Position numbers and translations under genes: made by a program
The notes under the pieces: model-generated
What the model saw: the letters and a program-made list of their open reading frames with translations, nothing else
Told to the model about the DNA's origin: nothing
Database searches by the model: none
IMG/VR virus record: IMGVR_UViG_3300023181_000001
Coordinates: 30,509-94,508 of that record
DNA from: a virus
Taxonomy: Duplodnaviria > Heunggongvirae > Uroviricota > Caudoviricetes
Strand: one strand, 5' to 3'
DNA length: 64,000 bases
In this document: piece by piece, positions 50,298 to 60,802 of the stretch
Numbering within the stretch: the first letter of the stretch is position 1
Layout of the letters: the number at the start of each line of letters is the position of its first letter

Positions 50298-50705
50298 TTA
50301 TAAAATTTTATTTGTGAATTCTTTTAATAATTTACAAGCTTGATTTACTAATTTAGGATTATCGTAAACACCTAGAAAATTTTGCATAGCTTCATCTTTA
50401 CAGACCACTACAAAGTTTCTACTGAAGAATCCCTCGCCAAAAAATCTGCTCTTAGACTCGCAAAGATTGATACAGTCTTCTGTGGTTGATAAGGGTATTA
50501 CTATGACTACATCTTCTAAGACCTTTATAATAACTCCTGGTCGTGCTTTACGGACTTCAAAGGTTCTTATAACATCGTGCTTTTTAAGTTCCTTTGGTCG
50601 AATTTTAGAATTGCTTATAGCCGTTACAGATTGCAGTACTTCCACTACATCATTATACCCATACTGTTTAACTTTTAAGTCTTTGATTACTTGATCTAAG
50701 TGCAT
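50298..50705 (-). CDS. possible MazF/PemK-like (CcdB/MazF fold) protein
   Basis: 'RKARPGVIIKVLEDVVIVIPLSTTED' resembles the Kid/MazF core 'RPVLIV...VVVPVTS'. ~40-aa N-terminal extension. No adjacent small antitoxin-like ORF. Confidence 0.3.
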   Translation of the reverse strand: MHLDQVIKDLKVKQYGYNDVVEVLQSVTAISNSKIRPKELKKHDVIRTFEVRKARPGVIIKVLEDVVIVIPLSTTEDCINLCESKSRFFGEGFFSRNFVVVCKDEAMQNFLGVYDNPKLVNQACKLLKEFTNKIL

Positions 50706-50775
50706 ATTTTTCTTTTTAAATTATTAGTATTCAAAGATAATTAAAATCTACGGATTAAAAACACAAAACAATGTT

Positions 50776-50810
50776 AAATAAAAAATCCCCAAACATTTCT
50801 GAATGGGGGA
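50776..50810 (-). terminator. rho-independent terminator for the - strand
   Basis: On the - strand: TCCCC(C)A-loop-TGGGGA followed by TTTTTTATTT. Confidence 0.5.
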
Positions 50811-50834
50811 TGCACTTTTACTTGCTAAATAATT

Positions 50835-51413
50835 TTAAATGTTCTGTAAATAATCGAAAAACTCTTTATATTCTTCTTTATAGCACATCTCTTTGAAATG
50901 TTCAAACTCACTTTTATACTTTTGATACATGTTGCTGTTTGTAAGTTTTGAATACAATGTATTGGCTGAAATATCTGCAAGTTTTACAAAAACTGCTAGA
51001 CTGTTTTCTGACAGTTCTTGATAGTATTTATCTGATTTTCTTTCTTTACGCGTTTTCCCTTTTTCATCAGTAACACAGTAAACGATATCGGCGACCACTT
51101 CTCCTGCTAGATAATTTCCAAATACTTCAGTAGTTTTATCTTTAATATCATTATATGTTAATCTAAAGTCCTCAATCGCCTCGTGCATTGATAATCCACC
51201 TCTAATAATATCTTTATAAGAGACTGTAGTTGAAAATTGATTTTTCTGATTAAGTACATTTCCTTCCATTATAAGATGAATAAACTTTTCTCCTTGTGCT
51301 TCCACACATTTTAAGTGAAAGCTGTAAGGCAAACTATCACCGTATTTTTGATTGCAGTAGTTATCTGCTCTATCGTAAATATAATTTCTTAAATCTAATA
51401 TTTCTTTTCTCAC
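50835..51413 (-). CDS. HD-domain phosphohydrolase (YfbR/HD_3-like)
   Basis: 'FHLKCVE' (H), 'LSMHEAIEDF' (HD/HE), 'FVKLADISAN' resembles the YfbR 'LVKqADrLeal' C-terminal motif. Confidence 0.4.
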   Translation of the reverse strand: MRKEILDLRNYIYDRADNYCNQKYGDSLPYSFHLKCVEAQGEKFIHLIMEGNVLNQKNQFSTTVSYKDIIRGGLSMHEAIEDFRLTYNDIKDKTTEVFGNYLAGEVVADIVYCVTDEKGKTRKERKSDKYYQELSENSLAVFVKLADISANTLYSKLTNSNMYQKYKSEFEHFKEMCYKEEYKEFFDYLQNI

Positions 51414-52181
51414 TTATTTTTGTTTTAAAGTTCTTTCATAATCTTCAAACCTAACCTTTACTATTTTAGACCTGTCTTCGTTTCTTAGGATTACCCCCTC
51501 TGGCTTGTTTAAGGCTGTTTCTGTTAAGGCCACATTTGTTTTTGGTATAAACTTATTCAAGCTATCTAAAACTGTTTTATGCTCGAAGTTGTCAAATCGA
51601 AACTCTACCAAAGGTACATAATCAAAATTAGGAAAATTTTCTAACATTTCCTCTCTGTTTAAAAACTTTTGACCATAGGTAATCCCTTTATCAGTTTCTT
51701 GTTCGCGCCACCTAGAAATAACAGACAAATCCTCATCTAAAATAGTTAAATCATCATAGACCGCAAAATCAAAGACTCTGAAACCGTTCAATTCTTTACC
51801 ATATTGTTTAGAGTTAGCTGATGTTTTCCCACCATAAAATTCTCCGTAAATAACAGTTAATTTTTCTGTTTGAGGGATTTGTATTTTAAGATTTTTTAAA
51901 CCACTTACTATTTCTTGGGCATTGTCAAAATATAAATCATCCGAGTGATGTAGAATAAACTCTCTCGCACCGATTAAGTATTCGTCTCCATAACATATAA
52001 TTCTTACATTTGTACCGTCTATCTTTTCAGTGGCGTACATTTGCTCTCTCTCTATAGAAGTTGTAAGCTCTGATAATAATTTACCTTTATCTCCTAATTT
52101 ATGGAGAGTTAGTATTGAAGGATACTTAGTAAGAGTATTAATCTTATCTTTACCGTACTTACTAATTAATTCTTTTAACAT
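51414..52181 (-). CDS. ATP-dependent polynucleotide ligase, Rnl2-like RNA ligase family (adenylyltransferase domain only)
   Basis: Motif I 'TEKIDGTNVRI' (Rnl2 KIHGTN), III 'LTVIYGEFYGG', IV 'EGVILRN', V 'KIVKVRF'. 255 aa with no OB domain. Confidence 0.6.
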   Translation of the reverse strand: MLKELISKYGKDKINTLTKYPSILTLHKLGDKGKLLSELTTSIEREQMYATEKIDGTNVRIICYGDEYLIGAREFILHHSDDLYFDNAQEIVSGLKNLKIQIPQTEKLTVIYGEFYGGKTSANSKQYGKELNGFRVFDFAVYDDLTILDEDLSVISRWREQETDKGITYGQKFLNREEMLENFPNFDYVPLVEFRFDNFEHKTVLDSLNKFIPKTNVALTETALNKPEGVILRNEDRSKIVKVRFEDYERTLKQK

Positions 52182-52249
52182 AAATTCATTGTTTTAATAT
52201 TACTCTGCAAACTTACGGAAATAAAAAACTACCTACAAGATTTTAACTA

Positions 52250-52597
52250 TTATTTATGTTTTTTTAATATTCTATGTGTTGTTGCTTGCATTGATTCAGG
52301 ATCTAATTGAAAAGCAGAAAGCATTTGAGATAATCCTACCTTATCAGGAATATTTAGAGTTGATAAAGTTTTAGATAGTTGAGAATACTCATAAGTTATA
52401 TTAACTAAAGTTGATTCGTCTAAGCCGAAAGCTTTATTATAATTCTTCTCCGATAAAGGTTCTAACTGCTTAATCAAGACTTTCAATGCTGATTTCAAAG
52501 ACTGCTTATTAAATTCTGTTCTTTGCAAGCTTTCTAAAGATTCAAGAAGTATTTGTGATTGGATTGTTACGTCCAGGAGTTGCATTCTATTGTTCAA
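52250..52597 (-). CDS. hypothetical protein
   Basis: 115-aa ORF. Confidence 0.4.
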   Translation of the reverse strand: MNNRMQLLDVTIQSQILLESLESLQRTEFNKQSLKSALKVLIKQLEPLSEKNYNKAFGLDESTLVNITYEYSQLSKTLSTLNIPDKVGLSQMLSAFQLDPESMQATTHRILKKHK

Positions 52598-52970
52598 TTG
52601 TTATTCTTTTATTAATCATCAACCATAACTTTTCATAGTCGGTTAATAATACTTTATTTTGGATTATATTATTTTTTACTGTTATTTTCTTTTCCTCGCC
52701 TTGGGTAAAAATATAATAGACATTGGGTAAATCTAGAGACTTCTCGCAGTAAATGGGGTATATCACTGATAACTGTCTTTTTAAATTGTTTACAGTTCTT
52801 TTTACGTGCGAATAATGTATCATGTTTTCCGTGGCGAAATCTTGAAAATTCATCGAAGGATTATCCAAATAAGATTTAATTATAAATTCTTTTTTAAACC
52901 TGCTTTCTTCAGCTGTCATATTACTTCTTTTTCCTTCCTGATTTGGTTTGCTTATCCAAAATAATTTCAT
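52587..52970 (-). CDS. hypothetical protein
   Basis: 127-aa ORF. Confidence 0.4.
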   Translation of the reverse strand: MKLFWISKPNQEGKRSNMTAEESRFKKEFIIKSYLDNPSMNFQDFATENMIHYSHVKRTVNNLKRQLSVIYPIYCEKSLDLPNVYYIFTQGEEKKITVKNNIIQNKVLLTDYEKLWLMINKRITIEQ

Positions 52971-53207
52971 CCATATAAAAGTACCTGAATTTCTTATCCT
53001 TAAATTCTTCTTCGATCCATGTATCTTTATCAGTTCTTCTAAAAGAGCATTGAGGATTTTCTTCTGTGGCGCATAATATTTTGTCAGATGTTATTCCACA
53101 CACGGTTCCGCTGTAGCTTTCACATTTAACTTTAAATCCTTTATATTTCTTGTATACTAGGTACATGCCGTTTGTTTTATCTGGTTCTTGCATTTTTTTT
53201 ATTTTAA

Positions 53208-53522
53208 TTATTCTTCAATTACTTTATTAATCATATAGAGAAAGCACATGAAAAGTATTCCTAAGTGTATTCTCCACGCTATAAAACCGCATAAATATCC
53301 GTCATAATAGTAAACTCTCCAAAATTCTAGGCTGAACTTCTCAAATCCGCCTAGTATAGAAAAGAAAACTGCTAAAGTAGTTGTTGTTAGAGGTATTATT
53401 AAACTTAATGCAAACCACAACTTAAAGCTCCATTCTATTGCAAATGCAATGTTTTCTAGATACCTTATTTTTAGAATTGGTTCAATTAGCGGTTTTACAA
53501 ATCTTATAAAATGTTCTATCAT
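53208..53522 (-). CDS. membrane protein (3 TM)
   Basis: 'AFAIEWSFKLWFALSLIIPLTTTTLAVFFSILGG'. Confidence 0.4.
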   Translation of the reverse strand: MIEHFIRFVKPLIEPILKIRYLENIAFAIEWSFKLWFALSLIIPLTTTTLAVFFSILGGFEKFSLEFWRVYYYDGYLCGFIAWRIHLGILFMCFLYMINKVIEE

Positions 53523-54206
53523 TTCGCGGGAAAAAGTTTACAATCAAAAAGAGAAAACAAATCTCTCATTTCTTCAAAGGTTAAATTACTAGGAAAGTTG
53601 AAAAGCATATCGAATTCTTGTTTCATAGCTTCGTTATCGTGAAGCCTCAACCAAAAACAGTCTCCATCATATTCTAGCTTAAATATCTCAGGATTACTCT
53701 TGATTAAAATAAGTTTTCCTGTGAAGGTATTTTTGTTAAAGCGGTCTGACAGAGTACGCCATTGTTCAGTCGAAAACATCCTATAAAATATTCCAAGATT
53801 TATCCAAGTCTAAAACACCTGCAATTTCAAAACTATCATCTGATAACTGTAGATTACCTTTACTAGCATTAGACCTAAACTTTTCAAATTCCTTTAAAGC
53901 CAGTTCTCTAGCCTGTTCTTCTGATTCTGCTTTTATAGTTGCACAAATCACGGCTCTATAGCCAATCGTAACGTCAAAATTTGTTTTCATAATTTAAACT
54001 GTTTTTATGATATCATAATAGTCCACTGCCATACTTTTGAACATGGAAACACCTGTGTAATCGCCTGCCGTAAAAGCATCTATAATTTGGCTTTTTTCAT
54101 CTTCCATAAGATTATCTATATGAGTTAAAACAGGAAGTAAATCTGAATCTCCACCGTTATCAATCATTTCCTGGACGATATTCTTTAATTTTTGTAGTGC
54201 TGTCAT

Positions 54207-54536
54207 TTAATTCTCTATTACTGTATTACCGCCTAATTCTAATCTTTTCACTACTTCTCTCGCTTGAATGAATCCTGAACTATCCCAACTCATAAAACTT
54301 TCCCATTTACCATTAACATATTTGTAGATTCTAGACTCCCAATAAGAATTCCAACCATTTTCTATATATTTTTGGATATAGTATTTATAAGTGTCCGAAC
54401 CTTTGATAGGATTTAAAGTAGGTTTCTTAGGAGAAAAATTACTAGCAATTCTTTCTGTTTCTTTCAAAGCTTCTTCTTTTTCCATTGTGGCGGACAAGAT
54501 AAAGAACAGTTCCTCTTTGTGTGCTAAGGTACTCAT
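54207..54536 (-). CDS. hypothetical protein
   Basis: 109-aa ORF. Confidence 0.4.
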   Translation of the reverse strand: MSTLAHKEELFFILSATMEKEEALKETERIASNFSPKKPTLNPIKGSDTYKYYIQKYIENGWNSYWESRIYKYVNGKWESFMSWDSSGFIQAREVVKRLELGGNTVIEN

Positions 54537-54934
54537 ATCTTTATCAATGCTTGTTGAAGAGCTTCCTCTAAAACTTCTTCATAAGATTTCCTATAAAATC
54601 CATCATGAGAAAGAGTAGAGTATTGACCTAACTTCATTAAACGATAATAGAATTGATTATAAGGTCTGTCTTCTCCTAGTAATATTTCAATGTAAATATT
54701 GTGCACTTCTCTAAGCCAGCGTTGTAGAAGACTTTGAGTTGGTGCTTGTGCAATTAGTACACTGTGGTCATAATTTCTTCTCTCTAGTATTCTAGGCTCT
54801 ATATATGGAAAATCCATTTCTCCACCTCTCCCACAATCTAAAGTATGAGCTAAAGTTTCATAATAACCATTTCTACAAATCTCATTGAATCCTTTTTCTT
54901 GGGCTAATTTTGCCGTTTTTAAACTTACTTTCAT
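54533..54934 (-). CDS. hypothetical protein
   Basis: 133-aa ORF. Confidence 0.4.
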   Translation of the reverse strand: MKVSLKTAKLAQEKGFNEICRNGYYETLAHTLDCGRGGEMDFPYIEPRILERRNYDHSVLIAQAPTQSLLQRWLREVHNIYIEILLGEDRPYNQFYYRLMKLGQYSTLSHDGFYRKSYEEVLEEALQQALIKI

Positions 54935-55170
54935 ATTTTTGATTTTAAAGTGTCACCTACCTTAAGATTTAGAGCATCAAATGGCGGGACAGCTACTTCT
55001 ATAATAGTGTCTGCATTTTTCAATAGCAAGTATGTTTTAGAACTACTCCAGTCTAAAGGTGTTTCAATAAGCACATACCCTTTGTCTTGGTATTTCTCTA
55101 TTGGCTTTGCTTCTTTAAATGAGCAAGAAATCGAGCAAAAAAGAATTAAAAGTAAAAACAGTTTTTTCAT
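54931..55170 (-). CDS. small exported protein or lipoprotein
   Basis: 'MKKLFLLLILFCSISCSF' signal-peptide-like N-terminus with Cys. Confidence 0.4.
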   Translation of the reverse strand: MKKLFLLLILFCSISCSFKEAKPIEKYQDKGYVLIETPLDWSSSKTYLLLKNADTIIEVAVPPFDALNLKVGDTLKSKI

Positions 55171-55448
55171 AATCCATTAATTAAATTAAAAGTATTGGCG
55201 ATGAAATTACAGTGAGTTTCTAACAAATGGTCTTCCGCAGTAGCCTCTTCTAATAAAAATAGTGCTTGTTTTAGGGCTTCTAATAACTCAGAATCTTTTA
55301 ATCCTTCTTTATACCCCGCTAAATAATCAGTTTGTGCTATTTCTCCAAATGTAGAATCTATAAATGTGTCGGGGTGAACATCATCAAAATATACTCCCCA
55401 AGCTTGTTTTGCATATTCTAATGCTTTTTGTTCTTTTGTCATAATTTT

Positions 55449-55868
55449 TTATTTAATTTTATCAATTGCTATATAACATCCTTGCCCACAAATCAACTCG
55501 GCTTTAAAACTCCTATAACGATAAACAATAGAAGTGAACATACCGTAATCTTTTTTCTTTTTAGAAACTTTACCTGCCTTTGAAAAAGCTTCTAGAATTA
55601 TCCAATTCAAACTACTTTCTCCATCAATATTTTGCTTAGAAAGGGTATCACTTCTTTTTTGTGCATGTTTTAAATAAGCGGTGTAAAGCGTATCTAACTC
55701 TTCATTTGTTTTTGATTCCAAAAGCTCAATAGTTTTTTGTTGCCATCGTTCTTTGTGACCGTATTCTCTTACAAGATCTTCTCCAAACTTTTTCAAAGCT
55801 AGTTTACCTTCCTCTGAGTTTTGAAATTCTTCAAGTTCTTGAGCAAGTGTTTTTATATTTAGTGACAT
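55449..55868 (-). CDS. hypothetical protein
   Basis: 139-aa ORF. Confidence 0.4.
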   Translation of the reverse strand: MSLNIKTLAQELEEFQNSEEGKLALKKFGEDLVREYGHKERWQQKTIELLESKTNEELDTLYTAYLKHAQKRSDTLSKQNIDGESSLNWIILEAFSKAGKVSKKKKDYGMFTSIVYRYRSFKAELICGQGCYIAIDKIK

Positions 55869-57030
55869 AATTAAGATTTTTCTCTTGAAAATGCTATTGC
55901 ATGTCTTTCAGGAATTAGACATTCAAAATTAACTTTAACTCCCTGCCAAAATGTATCAGAAACATCAAATTTTCTAATAATTCCATCATATCTTTTTATG
56001 TGCTTTGAAACATTATCAGCCTGTGATTTTGTTTTGCAAACACCTTCGAATTTTAAATATTTTATTCCGTCTATTTCGTATAGCATAATTACTGTTTTAA
56101 AAGTTCTTTAAATTGTTCTAGTTTTATTTCTTGGTCTGAATCAAATTTTGACACGACTCCGTTAAATCTTTTAAGGGAAGGATGTTTGTACAAATAAAAA
56201 GGCAATCTTAAATTAAAAACAAAATTTCCTAATTTATATCTTGCTTTATTCGATAAACTTACAATCTCTTTTCTTGTTTCTTCATCCTTGATGAACAACA
56301 CCTTGTTTTCAAATTGTTTCATAATTCTCTAATTTTAAGCATTGCATCTGCAATTTTATAACTCACTCTAGCTAAAGCTTCAAAACAGCTTCCCTCTCCT
56401 ATTTCTTTAGCTGTCACGACTTCCATTAATTCAGGGCTTGTTAAAGAAGCTTGCATGGCTGAATTGGCGAAATAGTCTCTTAAAGTCATCCCTGCCTGTC
56501 TTATCTTAGTTTGGTCATTAGTAACGAATGCAAAAGGATTGTTTGGTTTTTTGTCTTCCATTTTATTAGTGTTTAATCCAAATCATCGTTTTCAAGCGCC
56601 TCCTTTACCAAAGGACATTTGAAGTAGATATGGTTATATTTGTTTTTAATTTTAGCTGTAAAGCCTTCCATATTTGTTTGTTCTTCATGTTCACAAATTA
56701 TATGAAACATGTCATCTCCCACATAATTTCTGCCTTGATCGTAGCTACTGCTCTTATGAAAAGGACAGGATATACACTCTTTAATTTCTAGGTATGGCAT
56801 AATTATTTATTTAATAAAATTTCTAAACCTCCATTTTCATATTGTAAAGGATTATCCCAACTAAATTCAGGATGTAAATAGCAATCTCTTGTACTTTTTA
56901 AAAACTCTATCATAATTATTTAATTTTCGGCGGAAAAAGACTTAAAAATACGAAGTTTATAAGTATTTTCCTGATTTCTTCTACAAAGATATACAATTAG
57001 TTTTAACTGCAAATTTTATTTAACAAAAGA

Positions 57031-57699
57031 TTAGGCAATACCCTTCCAAGCAATTCCATAACAAATTTTATCAAATCCAGATCTACCAACTTTATTTGAA
57101 AACTTAGAGTAAAGACTATCATTATTTTTCCCCTTCTTATAGTTCTCTTTTATATACCGAACATCACTATTTGTTAGTTTAGTATTTGGATGATCCTCAC
57201 CTTTTAATTTTTCAACATTCTCGAAACAGCCATTGTTAACAGCATGTATAGCGTTTTCAGACCTCGTACACCATTCCATATTAGAAACTCTATTATCCCA
57301 CCTCTTAAGATTTAGGTGATTTACAATAGGCAGGTTTAAAGGGTTTGGAATAAAATGTTCAGCTACTATACGATGTCCAAGAAAATTAAATCTCTTACTA
57401 TCGACATATAAAATTAATTGTACATAACCGTTGCTGTAATAATTATTTTTAAGTATTTTACTTTTAGTAAACTGTTTCACTCCGTTATTACGTGTAAGTA
57501 GCCTGTCTTTATTTTTAAACCTGCCTAAATTGCTAACTTCATAATAATCTTCAAAATTCTTAATAGGTAGCCAAATTTCATTCAGGAGCTCTTCTTCTGT
57601 AAAAGTTATCTCCATTTTTCTTAATTCTTGTGTTGTCATTTTATATAAATTAACCTCCCTTAAACTAATAAAGGAGGTGTGTGTTGTTTTTAGAACCAA
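57031..57699 (-). CDS. HNH homing endonuclease (NUMOD4 + HNH_3 type)
   Basis: 'EIWLPIKNFEDYYEVSNLGRFKN' (NUMOD4) and 'GYVQLILYVDSKRFNFLGHRIVAEHFIPNP' (HNH_3). Confidence 0.7.
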   Translation of the reverse strand: MVLKTTHTSFISLREVNLYKMTTQELRKMEITFTEEELLNEIWLPIKNFEDYYEVSNLGRFKNKDRLLTRNNGVKQFTKSKILKNNYYSNGYVQLILYVDSKRFNFLGHRIVAEHFIPNPLNLPIVNHLNLKRWDNRVSNMEWCTRSENAIHAVNNGCFENVEKLKGEDHPNTKLTNSDVRYIKENYKKGKNNDSLYSKFSNKVGRSGFDKICYGIAWKGIA

Positions 57700-58964
57700 T
57701 AAGGGAAATGATTTTTTATATTTTCATCCTTTTTTATATTGAAAAATCTGAAACCTGACTTAGAGTTGGAAAAATTTGATTTAACCCAGTTGGAAGGCGG
57801 AGAAAACGCAGGGTAATTGTAATATTGAAAATCAGTACTTGTACTCTCATCAAATAGAGAAAGGTGTGAATCCCCTTTTGAAAATTCTATAAAATTACCA
57901 TCATACAGTCCATTCTCTTTTAAATAGTGATCTATTTTCTTGGCCTGCTTATCATCTAAGTGTGGGCGGAATCCAAATTTTAAAGATTCAGAGTCTTTTC
58001 CGTGGGTTTCAGCTATAGTGTGCTTACCTATTTTAAAGTGGTCAATAAACTTTTTCTGAGTTTTTACTTCTACTTTATTTGGGTACCTTTGTTCTAAAAT
58101 ACCTTTGATGGCTTGTGCAACAAAATAACTGAAAATCCCAGAATGATTATCTTCGACTAAAAAATTATACTTAATATTTTCATAATCATCTACTAAGGAA
58201 TCCACTAATTTTAAACTGAACGAAACACCCAAATCAAAGGCTTCTTTGTCATTCATATTCTGAGGCAACTCATGCCCTTTTCTGGTTGTCTGCCCCCCTA
58301 AACCATCCATGTAATCTCCTAAGTTGCTGATTATCAATGTCTTAGACTTTTGATAAGTCTTTGTATGTTGTATCATTAAATCAAGTCTTCGGAATAATTC
58401 TTCTTTATCCCATTTCCCATCATATAAAGGATCTCCATTTCCATTCACATCCATCGCAATATGGACATCTGTGAATACCAATCTATCAAACCATTCATCA
58501 GATACAAAATCTAACTTTCTAACTTCGGATTTGATAGGTGTGATATACTTTGGAATGATATCTTCTAGGTGCTTATCAATATCTATTGTGGCAATCTCTT
58601 CTGTTGTATAGAACACTACGTTAAAAAATGGAATACCAGAGTGAGAAATTAGCTTATAACTTCTAACTTTAGCCACGTCTAACCCATAATACTCACAATA
58701 CCTTTCAATATTCATTAATGACCCATCATCGTCAATAGCCGTAAATCCTCTTGGTTCTTTACCTTTCTCTTTGTCGTTTTTATATTGAATACTTTCGGTT
58801 GTAGTATCGTTCTCCAACTCGCTGTCAACCTTATTTATATGGTTGGATATCTTACGTCTTAGGCTGTCCGAATATTCTATACCTTGTTCTTCAGCATATC
58901 TCCTAGCCGTTTTTGTAATGTTGTCTTCCTCTTGGAAAAGTTCTTTGATTCTGTTTATGTTCAT
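57690..58964 (-). CDS. calcineurin-like metallophosphoesterase
   Basis: 'LVFTDVHIAMD' (DxH), 'ISNLGDYMDG' (GDxxDxG), 'LVEDNHSG' (GNHE-like). Confidence 0.4.
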   Translation of the reverse strand: MNINRIKELFQEEDNITKTARRYAEEQGIEYSDSLRRKISNHINKVDSELENDTTTESIQYKNDKEKGKEPRGFTAIDDDGSLMNIERYCEYYGLDVAKVRSYKLISHSGIPFFNVVFYTTEEIATIDIDKHLEDIIPKYITPIKSEVRKLDFVSDEWFDRLVFTDVHIAMDVNGNGDPLYDGKWDKEELFRRLDLMIQHTKTYQKSKTLIISNLGDYMDGLGGQTTRKGHELPQNMNDKEAFDLGVSFSLKLVDSLVDDYENIKYNFLVEDNHSGIFSYFVAQAIKGILEQRYPNKVEVKTQKKFIDHFKIGKHTIAETHGKDSESLKFGFRPHLDDKQAKKIDHYLKENGLYDGNFIEFSKGDSHLSLFDESTSTDFQYYNYPAFSPPSNWVKSNFSNSKSGFRFFNIKKDENIKNHFPYWF

Positions 58965-59141
58965 CTAATTTTCTTTGTTTTTAACTGTTTTTTGCGCCGA
59001 TTTCCACTCCTTTAACATATCTTTATCAGAATACCCAAAATACTTTTCACAGTTTTCTTGAGTATCTTCTTCTCTGAACCATTTTGCAAAGTTTATTAAA
59101 TCTTCTTCATTAAATTGCTCTTTCATTAATTTTTACTTATT

Positions 59142-59420
59142 TTAATAATCTCCACTTGAATTACTTGAATCGTAGGAACTGCTATCCGAATCCCAACTTC
59201 CTCCTGCACCGCCTCCGCTAAAATCTCCTCCTCCAAATCCTGAATCAAAACTACTAGAGTCGTTAGAATAATCTGAGGTTGTAAAAATTATACTGTTGAT
59301 GTCAGTATATGTTGTGCTAGTACTTGCTGTTCTGTTAGCATAAAATGAGGAATATGGTCTTGGGATTGTTCTTTCCTGCTCTAATTTCTTTTTGCCAAAT
59401 AATTTTTTAAATATGTTCAT
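59142..59420 (-). CDS. Gly/Ser/Asp-rich low-complexity protein
   Basis: C-terminal half 'DSGFGGGDFSGGGAGGSWDSDSSSYDSSNSSGDY'. Confidence 0.35.
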   Translation of the reverse strand: MNIFKKLFGKKKLEQERTIPRPYSSFYANRTASTSTTYTDINSIIFTTSDYSNDSSSFDSGFGGGDFSGGGAGGSWDSDSSSYDSSNSSGDY

Positions 59421-60022
59421 TTGTTTTTCTTTTTAGGATAATTCTCATCAATCCAAGATTCGTCTATTGGGATATAATTCATTATTCTTTTTAACTCTGG
59501 TAGGGCACACTCATAGTTTTCTCGCCTAAAGCCAAAACTGTCAGATTTACCAAATAGTTCTAATACTGCATTTTCTGTTGGTGATAGTGCATTTGAACAT
59601 CTAAAATTATAGAATCCTCCGAATACGGGAGAATACCAAATATCCTTGGTTTGATACTTCTTTTGAAAATCTAATAATATCTGACTGTGTGAGGTGTGCC
59701 TGGTTTCAAACAGCCAAATATAGTTTTGATTGTTATCTACCACAACTACATATCTTCTTGACATTGCAGGCTTGTAGTTATAGATACCTTCATTATTTAA
59801 CTTTGTAAGTTGTTCTTTCTTTTCTTTTGCGAGTTTTTTATACCTCAATGAAAGTCTAACCCATCTGAAAAATAATTTCTTTGGAAACTTCAGGCCTTGT
59901 TCAAAATAAACATAGTTAGTTGTAATATTGTTTACAGTATGGTCTTTATCTTCAAAATAAAAAATATCTCCGATACTACATTTGTTTAAACTGCCTGAAT
60001 GTTTGATTACCTTAAAATCCAC
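59417..60022 (-). CDS. hypothetical protein
   Basis: 201-aa ORF. Confidence 0.45.
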   Translation of the reverse strand: MDFKVIKHSGSLNKCSIGDIFYFEDKDHTVNNITTNYVYFEQGLKFPKKLFFRWVRLSLRYKKLAKEKKEQLTKLNNEGIYNYKPAMSRRYVVVVDNNQNYIWLFETRHTSHSQILLDFQKKYQTKDIWYSPVFGGFYNFRCSNALSPTENAVLELFGKSDSFGFRRENYECALPELKRIMNYIPIDESWIDENYPKKKNK

Positions 60023-60396
60023 TATTTATTAATTTTATCAAGGCCTTCTTCCAAAAGCTCTGAAAGACAAGTCCCACCATTATAAAATGAATATGTGAAA
60101 CTGATTGTACCATCAGAGTTTTCTGTTGTCAAATATAAATCATCTGATTCTAATTCTCCTGAGTGTTCTACCATTTCGTATAAATTACCTTTATTCCAGA
60201 TATATTTTATATAAAAGGGTTCTTTGTATTTTTTAGTTTTATCGCGGATTTCAAAGTATTCATACTCCTCTTCCATTTTCTCTTCAAAATCCTCAATTTC
60301 TAAATTTGGTTTTGTTTCTACCCAAGTTACAAGTTCTTGTAGTGGTAATTGCTGAATCTTTTTTAATTTTCCGTAGTGAAATTCTTGATATGACAT
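60022..60396 (-). CDS. hypothetical protein
   Basis: 124-aa ORF. Confidence 0.4.
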   Translation of the reverse strand: MSYQEFHYGKLKKIQQLPLQELVTWVETKPNLEIEDFEEKMEEEYEYFEIRDKTKKYKEPFYIKYIWNKGNLYEMVEHSGELESDDLYLTTENSDGTISFTYSFYNGGTCLSELLEEGLDKINK

Positions 60397-60802
60397 AATT
60401 ATTTTTCGTTTTTATTAATTAAATACTCTAACTCTCTGATTCTTATTTTTAGGCTGTTTATCTTTTCTTTGTTGGGAAACTTATCTAATTTTGGGTTTTC
60501 TTCTCCCGCCAAATCTGATTTTAAATCATTCAAGCGGTCTTTAAGTAGTTTCATCTATATTTTCTTAGAATTTTAAATATTTCTTTTAGGTCTGTCAAGA
60601 TGTAACCTTCTTTGCTTAGAAAAGCTACTGTAAAATAATGTTTGGAATGTAGTTTTTCTTGGACTCTTTTACCGTTTACTTTATCTAAATATATCCAAGG
60701 AGCGTTTCCTGACATTTCTATTTCGATTCCTATTTTATTTAGACGGTTTTTGAGTGGTGTTAATTCGTCTTTCACTTGTCCCTGTTTTTATTGTCCGTTA
60801 TT

